A stretch of 64,000 nucleotides of DNA from Octopus sinensis (Eukaryota). This document shows positions 56,351-64,000 of this stretch, in pieces. Within the stretch, counting starts at the first letter, position 1. Each line of letters begins with the position of its first letter. The position numbers and the translations under genes are program-made. The notes beneath the pieces are model-generated. The model did not search any database and had not been told where the DNA came from. It saw only the letters and a list, made by a program, of their open reading frames with translations. The stretch spans positions 30,876,001 through 30,940,000 of the forward strand of contig NC_043002.1 of assembly GCF_006345805.1 (NCBI RefSeq). Reading direction: 5' to 3'.

Positions 56351-56931
56351 TATATATATACATACATACATACATATTATATGCACATCAATACATAAAT
56401 GAATAAATTCATACACATATGCCATGTAAGCACTCAGATTCGCGCGCGTATATAAACAACATCAGCTGAGGCAAGGATTACCTTTTCAGTAATATAACGT
56501 TTTCTGCTGATATAAACATTAATATATCTTAGTCTCTAATTCGTTATTGAAATTTGCTATTACTTTTGTTTTTTTTCTTCTAAATTCTCTGTTATTTGTC
56601 CCAATGAACAAACAAACAGTCTTATACATATTTAAACAAAACTACATTCATTGATGTCTATAATTACACAGTATACGAGTGACTTCGATGCCACTGTACT
56701 TAAAAGCATTACGTCACCCTTTAAATAATGTTTGTTTTCCCTATGTAACAACATATTAAAAGAGGGTCACAAATACACCTACATATATATGTTTATATAT
56801 ATGCATATATATATATATTTATGTATGTATATCTGTACATACCAATGTATGTATATTTGTATATGTGTGTTTGTAAGTGTATGTTCATATGTAAATAAGA
56901 AAGATATTTGAAGATAATTACTAATTGTTTC

Positions 56932-58110
56932 AGACCTTACCACAAACACAATGAGAAATTAGTGTACATAGCCAATCAAAGCACCACCCAACATCATGCG
57001 AAACATCGTTGACAAAATGAGTAGGAGGGCATCCTTGATATCTTCGATGAAAATACATTTATGAAGACGTGTGTCTATTACATGAAGGTCTTTGACATAG
57101 CGGGATCTGTTATAACATTATATGCACAAAAGACTTGAGAACGCACAGCATAACACAAAGAATAGGAAAGGAATAATTTGCGGTAAAAGCCAGTATTTAA
57201 CCTAGCATTAAGAACTAATGTAGCTAGTGCTCTCCTTATCATAATTCATTACTAATTTCCACCAGAACATAGGTATATTAAAATATTAAATAGGAAAATT
57301 TCGCTTGCTATATCAGAATTTATAATGACTCAATGTGGAAGGATTTAAAAGCGAGAAAAGTACTTGCTACACAAATCATACACCATAAGAATGCGTGGAA
57401 ACTGCCCATTACATGATAACTGTTTGCCAATTCGATAGTATATATCATAAAGTAGAAACAAACAACAGAACTGTGCCCAAATTATATATTTGGCAAGTGA
57501 TATTCTCAGACTCGAATATAAAATTTCCTGGTCGATTGTAGATAAGGCACCACCATGTACGAAAAGGAGTCTCAAATAAAGAATGCGGTGTAACGTTGCT
57601 TGAATGAGAAATTCAGAAATTTATTTCAAGGAAATACTTGTTTGAACAAAAGATCTGAATTGTTTGTGAATTCTATTCATGGAAGTAAGTATTTTATGTA
57701 TAATTGCTAACTTTCTATCTTTTCATTCCAGTTCGGGGAGAAAATATTTTGGTTTGAAGTGTTAGAAATATACTTTTATGACATTACTTAAACGCATTTT
57801 CATAAGAGAACATTCCTTACGATGACTTACCTGTTGTGGAATTTTAAAAAACGAATTCAAGTTTAAAGCATGAACCTTGGAGTGGTTCAAAGGGAGCAGC
57901 AGTGACGCGGAAAACATGAGTATTTCAATGAATCATTCCCATACTTTATGAAAAAACCATAAAAGTCAAGGTTTCTTGATAGCATTTGCATAATATTTCA
58001 AAATATATTCAAACAGCAGATGATCCATGAGAAACTTGGAGTACCAGCAGCATGAACGGAAACTTAAAACTGAGGCCCGTGGCATTTATGAGACTTTCAG
58101 TTTTAATATT
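56932..58110 (+). mobile_element. Penelope-like element: RT thumb/linker, GIY-YIG C-terminus and probable pLTR
   Basis: PYHKHNEKLVYIANQS..IMRNIVDKMSRRASLISS; FPPEHRYIKILNR; CPLHDNCL; YIWQ..YKISWSIVDKAPP..LNEK..LNKRSEL..H..KY* (stop ~57710). A hammerhead remnant lies at 58017-58043. Confidence 0.8.
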
Positions 58111-58559
58111 TTAATGAATACTCTACATTGATCTAGAGAAACGACTAGTATAATTTATTACTACTTTTCAATGATTTATATATATTTGAATAATTTAACG
58201 AAAACTTATACCTCTTAGAATCCAATCAGCTTAGCTCAGCAATCAATCAAATAGAGAAATGCGTGTCTGTTCGAGTTTCTAAGTTATCTGCAAATAAGCT
58301 AATATTTGTATGTATAGTTGGCTATTACGTTGGGACTCTTAGCAGAAATGGCTCTAAAGAAAAGATCACTTATATTGCGAACCCTAAATCACACTAAGAT
58401 CCCACACTGTAAAAGCGCGGATAAATCAATAGGTAACATTTTTTGCGCCTAGACACACAAAACCGCCTTATACTGACTTGACTGACTCTAAACTCTCTCG
58501 ATTCACGACTACTGCAAATTCCGTTTGTTAGTTATAAGTTTACTATCTGCACTTCCAAC

Positions 58560-59215
58560 AGCACTAGCATTAAGAGACAAAAATAGAAATATAAAAATTA
58601 CCTACCTTAATCCCCCACATATTCACCCGGTTAAATTCGTCTAGTTAAAATTTTCTCCCCGCTCCTTAATAACAAATTTCACCACAAATATCAACAAATA
58701 TTTAATAAATATACCGTTAAGCTATCGTACTCCACAACGCCCAACCTTGAAGATACCATTAATAGGGCTAATAACTTTAAACTAAAAAAAATTGAAGGTT
58801 GTACATCTTCCTATACTTAATAGTCATACTCTAAATTCCATTGGCTCTCACTCCCAGCGCCGGAGCCCTAATAGCAATTCTATCCTTGCAGAATGATGAT
58901 CAACTGAAGCCCGCTCAAACCACAATCAATTTTTGATATCTCCCACAAAAGTTTCTACAGCTAACTTCGAAAAACTTTCATGCACTCGTACAGCCAACAC
59001 TAATACCGAAGAAGCTTCTGCTACTGAAACTTGCTATTGTAAAAATACGTTCGAAAGCCTTTTGGAAGGAAAATGTTTCGCTAAACACATCGTTTACAAA
59101 TACCAACTGATTAACGGTGCAACTACAAGAGAACACGCTTTTACAGGCACGTTCACTCGTTGAAAAACAGTACATTGGTTTTCCTACATTACTGTCAAAG
59201 TACGCCTGGCAGATT
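58560..59215 (+). mobile_element. second Penelope-like element fragment (linker + GIY-YIG)
   Basis: KITYLNPPH..HKYQQIFNKYTVKLSYSTTPNL; CYCKNTFESLLEGKCFAKHIVYK; QYIG..LLSKYAWQI. Confidence 0.8.
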
Positions 59216-59325
59216 AAAAATCAAAAAAAGAAAAAAAAGAGAAACGCAAGCAAACCTGATTATGATACAGAGTCAGCTTCATAGGTAGATAGATAGATAG
59301 ATAGATAGATAGGCAGACAGACAGG

Positions 59326-59391
<66 letters not shown>

Positions 59392-59754
59392 TGACGAGTA
59401 ACCATTCATCTTCCTTCGATCAAAATCACTTGTAAGTCATTATTCGGCCCAGAGCTATATTGAGTATCTCATCCTAACTATTACTCAATAGGACTGAACT
59501 CCCTGCCATTTCTTCATCACACCACCATGTCTGCGCCTATAAATAATAAAACAAGGGAAGACAATATTATTTCTATATATTGTCTCCAACTTCATTAACC
59601 AATTGACATAGAACACATAAAATTTGTTGAACCATGGCTATAATGCACATATGTATGTATGCATATATATGTATTGTGAGTGCGAGCGCGCGCGTGTGTA
59701 TGCGAGTGAATTAACAGATACCGCGCCACACACACACACACACACATATCTCTC

Positions 59755-60135
59755 TCTTTTACTCATTTACTTGTTTCAGTCATTTGACTGCGGCCATACT
59801 GGAGCACCGCCTTTAACCGAGCAAATCGACCACGGGACTTATTCTTTTGTAAACCCTGTACTTATTCTATTGGTCTCATTTACGTAACCGCTAAGTAACA
59901 TAAACACACCAGCATCGGTTGTCAAGCAATGCTAGGGGGACAAACACAGACACACAAACACACACACGCATATATATATATATATATACATATACGACGG
60001 GCTTCTTTCAGTTTTCCTCTACCAAATCAACTCACAAGTGGATTTGGTAGAAGACAGTTGCCCAAGGTGCCACGCAGTGGGACTGAACCCGGAACCATGT
60101 GGTTGGTAAACAAGCTATTTACCATACAGCCATGC
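59755..60135 (-). mobile_element. SINE family A
   Basis: Tail to head, colinear with the family consensus. Confidence 0.85.
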
Positions 60136-60198
60136 ATTATATATATATATATATATATAATATATATAATATATATATATTATATATATATATATAAT

Positions 60199-60236
<38 letters not shown>

Positions 60237-61160
60237 TACTTTCCTTTCTATCTCCCTTGCACTTCTCTCTCTGTCCCTTCCTCTCTCTCTCTAGTTCCCT
60301 CCCAAATTCTCCAATCCCTCTGCCCCCTACTTCTCTCTGTTGCTTCCACGGGACCAGGATTCGGAACCAGAAGCCAGCTTAACTTAACTTGTCCTTTTAG
60401 TCGAAATACATCTGTTGTTATACTCTTGGTGGTTGTATTTGTAATGACGTAACATTTACTCTCTTTTCTCGCTTTGTTTTGTCTTTGTTGTACACTTTCA
60501 CATACTTTCTTCCAAAGATTTAATGGTCGTAGCTTAGGTTTTCGGGGCCTACCAATTTTAAACAGTCTCAAGTGTAACGGGCCGAAACCGTAATGATGAT
60601 GGGAAGCTAGACTGATAAACCGAGGGCCACGAATAATCCGTCCGTGTTTTCCTGTCAGTCTTTGTATCGTCTATTTGTCCGTATGCTTTTATTGCCGTTC
60701 GTTACTTTCGTATTCCGTTTTTGGGGATTTATATATATATATATCATTACCTTTGGTTTTTTGGCTTTTTGCTGTTTTATATTAATCTTTCAACTTCATT
60801 TTTGTAATTTAATTGTATTTAATTTCATTTCATTTCATTCGAAGATTTATTCCATCATCTATACTTATCATTCCATCATTACATCATCTTTTCGTTTTCA
60901 GTTAACCATTGGTAATTCTATTACTTTGTTTTATTGAAATTTCGATTATTTTTTATAATCTAATGTATTATCTAAAAAGGAATATCTGTCATATTTTTGC
61001 AGTCGATAAAGACCGGAAACGTGAAACTAATAATTGTAGATTTTTCTCAGTTAAATTGCAAAATAGATTCACTGCACAGCACCTTTGTAATAAGTACTTT
61101 CCGCATTGCTTTTAAATGCAAACTCCCATCCATCTATGTGTATCTATGTGTATCTATGTG

Positions 61161-61239
<79 letters not shown>

Positions 61240-61264
61240 GTATGCGTGTGTGTGTGTAGTTTAT

Positions 61265-61422
61265 TCATTTACTTGTCTCCGTACTTTGTTTGACTGAGGC
61301 GACAAATCGACTCCAGGAATTATTGTTTCTAAACCTAGTACTTATTCTATCGATCTTTTTGCCGAACCGTTAATTACCGGGATGTAAACACACCAACATC
61401 GGATGTGAAGCACACAGACACT

Positions 61423-61490
<68 letters not shown>

Positions 61491-62255
61491 ATATATATGC
61501 GTACACACATATAAGCACAGACACACAAATACATACGCACCCCGAAAACATGCGCACACATACGCACGCACACGCGCAAAAAGAAACTCAACGCACATAT
61601 ATACACACGCACACACACACACAAATGAACCCACACACACATCCCATACGGCACACAACCATACATACACGCACACAATTATACATATACGCACGTACAA
61701 GCACACACGCACACACGCACACATACACTTAGTTAAGCACAGTTACTCGCCATACACGCAAAAAAACGCACACGTACACATACACATACTACAACAAAAC
61801 ACACACACGATACATATACACGCACACACACACATACCTCCCTGTTTCTGACCTGCCTTCCTGACTTGCTAGGGTACCCCCACCACACTCCTTTAATTCT
61901 ACTACTGCCTGCCACTAGCCATTGTCCACCATACACACACATACACACACACCCTTGTCATCTCGCATACCTTTGTTTACCATTCCTTCTTTGATTTAGC
62001 TCTCCTGTTTTTAAAAACATGTTCCTCCTTTTTCACCACTTCCGTCTTTTCAGTATGTGACCTCGTGAAGACTACCTGCAATTTTTTTTTCCTCTGTCCT
62101 CCCGCCTCGGGATCTTTCTTTCTCCTATGTTTCCGACGAAAAGCTCCGCTCGAAACGTCATACCCTCCTTCTTCCCTTCTTTCCTGAGCGTCCAATAATA
62201 CTTTATTTGTTCCACATCCTCGCGTTGTTGTCTTTTTGTTTTCTTGTTTGGATTA

Positions 62256-62290
<35 letters not shown>

Positions 62291-62657
62291 CCCTTATACT
62301 TGTTTCAGTTATTTGCTGGAGCACCGTCTTTACTCGAGCAAATCGATCCCAGGACGTATTCTTTGTAAGCCTAGTACTTATTATATCGGTCTCTTTTGCC
62401 GAACCGCTAAGTTACCGGGACGTAAACACACCAGCATCGGTTGTCAAGCGATGTTGGGGGGACAAACACTGACACACAAACATATACACATATATACGAC
62501 GGGCTTCTTTCAGTCTCCGTCAGCCAAATCTACTCACAAGGCTTTGGTCGACCCGAGACTATAGTAGAAGATAGTTGCCCAAAGTACCACGCAGTGGGAC
62601 TGAACCCGGAACCATGTGGCTGGTAAACAAGGTACTTACCCCACAGCCTCTCTTACG

Positions 62658-62708
<51 letters not shown>

Positions 62709-62800
62709 GACGGACTTCTTTCAGTTCCTTATCTACCAATTCCACTCACAAGAATTTGGTCAGCCCGAGGCTATAGTAGAAAACACTTGCCTAGGGTGTC
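61265..62800 (-). mobile_element. old SINE A (tail 61265-61420, mid-head 62707-62800) with a nested PLE pLTR and a younger SINE A (62295-62660)
   Basis: Colinear minus-strand halves separated by nested inserts and microsatellites. Confidence 0.65.
61840..62258 (+). mobile_element. PLE pLTR-like 3' end with minimal hammerhead remnant
   Basis: A pyrimidine-rich tract, then CCGACGA-A-AAGC-TCC-GCTC-GAAA-CGT-C (62133-62159), then a T-rich tail ending in (TA)n. Confidence 0.6.
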
Positions 62801-62974
62801 ACGTACATAAACATGCACGCATACACATGCACACCCACTCACACACGCATGCACACATACACACACACACACACATACACACACGCATAAAAGCATCCTT
62901 GTAAAGGATTTCATTACGTGAAAAAAATTTTACTCATCTTTACACTTGAAATCTGTATTAATTCGCATATATAT

Positions 62975-63041
<67 letters not shown>

Positions 63042-63084
63042 AGTGTGTGTATATATATATGATAGCTTATATTAAATCAGTATT

Positions 63085-63262
63085 TTGACTGGGTACATAC
63101 TGGCGCCGCCTTGAATGGTTTTAGTCGAACAAACCATCCTCGGGCTTTCTTGAAGCCTATCGGTCTTTTATATCGAACTGCTAGGTTACAGAGCTGTTAA
63201 CACATTACCACCGTTTGTCAAGTTGTAGTAGTGGTGGTGGGGCAAACACCTACACAAAGACA
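63085..63262 (-). mobile_element. SINE family A tail, degenerate
   Basis: CATACTGGCGCCGCCTTGAA..TAGTCGAACAAA..CGAACTGCTAGGTTAC..GTTTGTCAAG. Confidence 0.6.
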
Positions 63263-64000
63263 CACACACACAAATAAAAAAGAAGAAAAATACTGTTGAT
63301 TTGATACAGTAAATTTTACACAACCTTGCTGCATCATGTAAAGGAATGGAAGGATTCAAACTTCCAACGTTTCTAAACCAAAATGGAATTATTCTCTTAA
63401 ATATTATTCTCAATGTCGAATTGCATTAAATTTCCTATAGATATTTAATAAACTGCAAATAATCCGCTCTCACATATATGGCATTAATCTCACCTGTTAT
63501 TGAGTCATTTAAACAACACAATCATTAATTCATACACGAAAACATCGGTATAAGCACGCAGTAGGTATAATACTCAACAGCGATAACTTCTTCACATTCA
63601 TACAGACAGAAGACCAACGTTCACATATATAGAACTTCTACATTTATATACACATACAAGCATACATATTCACACACAGAAACATCTCCCACGTATTAAC
63701 AAAAATCCTATACACACCTACACATCGACCATTTCTTATATTGAGAGAAAATAAATAGAAATTCCTTCTAAACATCTCATCGCGTTTTCTCTTATCATAA
63801 TGTGAAATGTTGTGTAAGTTTAGTTTATGTAACAGTGCTTAACAAAAACAACGACTGACGTTAGCGCCCTCTATAGGAAATAGAGGTGAGGACAGAATAT
63901 CGCTTGCTTTAGCGAGATTAAGAAGTTCAGCTGAGATTGGACAAGTACTTGACACCTAACACGAACAAGATAGACACCGGAGGGCAATAAGAAGGCTTGT

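Noticed and set aside
60240-60730. Possible further PLE pLTR with scattered GAAAC/CTGATA motifs
   Set aside because: A coherent hammerhead or defined termini could not be assembled.
63325-63372. Possible 48-nt minus-strand exon (NVGSLNPSIPLHDAA)
   Set aside because: Weak donor (GTTGTG) and no recognisable homology.
63862-63878. CTCF-like motif (reverse strand CCTATAGAGGGCGCTA)
   Set aside because: A single motif match cannot be supported without binding or conservation data.

Overview
Repeat-saturated, AT-rich metazoan DNA with no recognisable intact host gene. It is most likely cephalopod (Octopus-like); this is inferred from two abundant tRNA-derived SINE families resembling the octopus OK/OR-type SINEs and from the extreme (TA)n/(CA)n/(TAA)n/(GATA)n load. 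Most ORFs in the supplied track are microsatellite artefacts. The interpretable content is decayed mobile DNA: CR1-like, RTE, Tx1/L1, R4/Dong and Hero LINE fragments; several Penelope-like element (PLE) remnants, mostly missed by the ORF track; Tc1/mariner remnants (DD34D-, DD37D- and DD41D-like); MITEs; a non-autonomous Helitron; and a tiny LTR element. The most interesting structures are: (1) a hammerhead-like motif whose three strands are in a non-circularly-permuted order in the 3' UTR of a Hero LINE (37614-37667); (2) a 1.1-kb inversion shown by swapped 5-bp TSDs of two inverted ~110-bp mini-LTRs inside a maT transposon (33927-35499); (3) a ~325-bp fold-back with a U3:A8 hammerhead-like variant on each arm, tandemly triplicated (22232-24140); (4) a SINE that repeatedly inserts before GGTATTT, including into itself with a 19-bp TSD; (5) a ~90-bp direct duplication bracketing the Hero insertion. 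Family names come from recognising motifs by eye; no database search was run.
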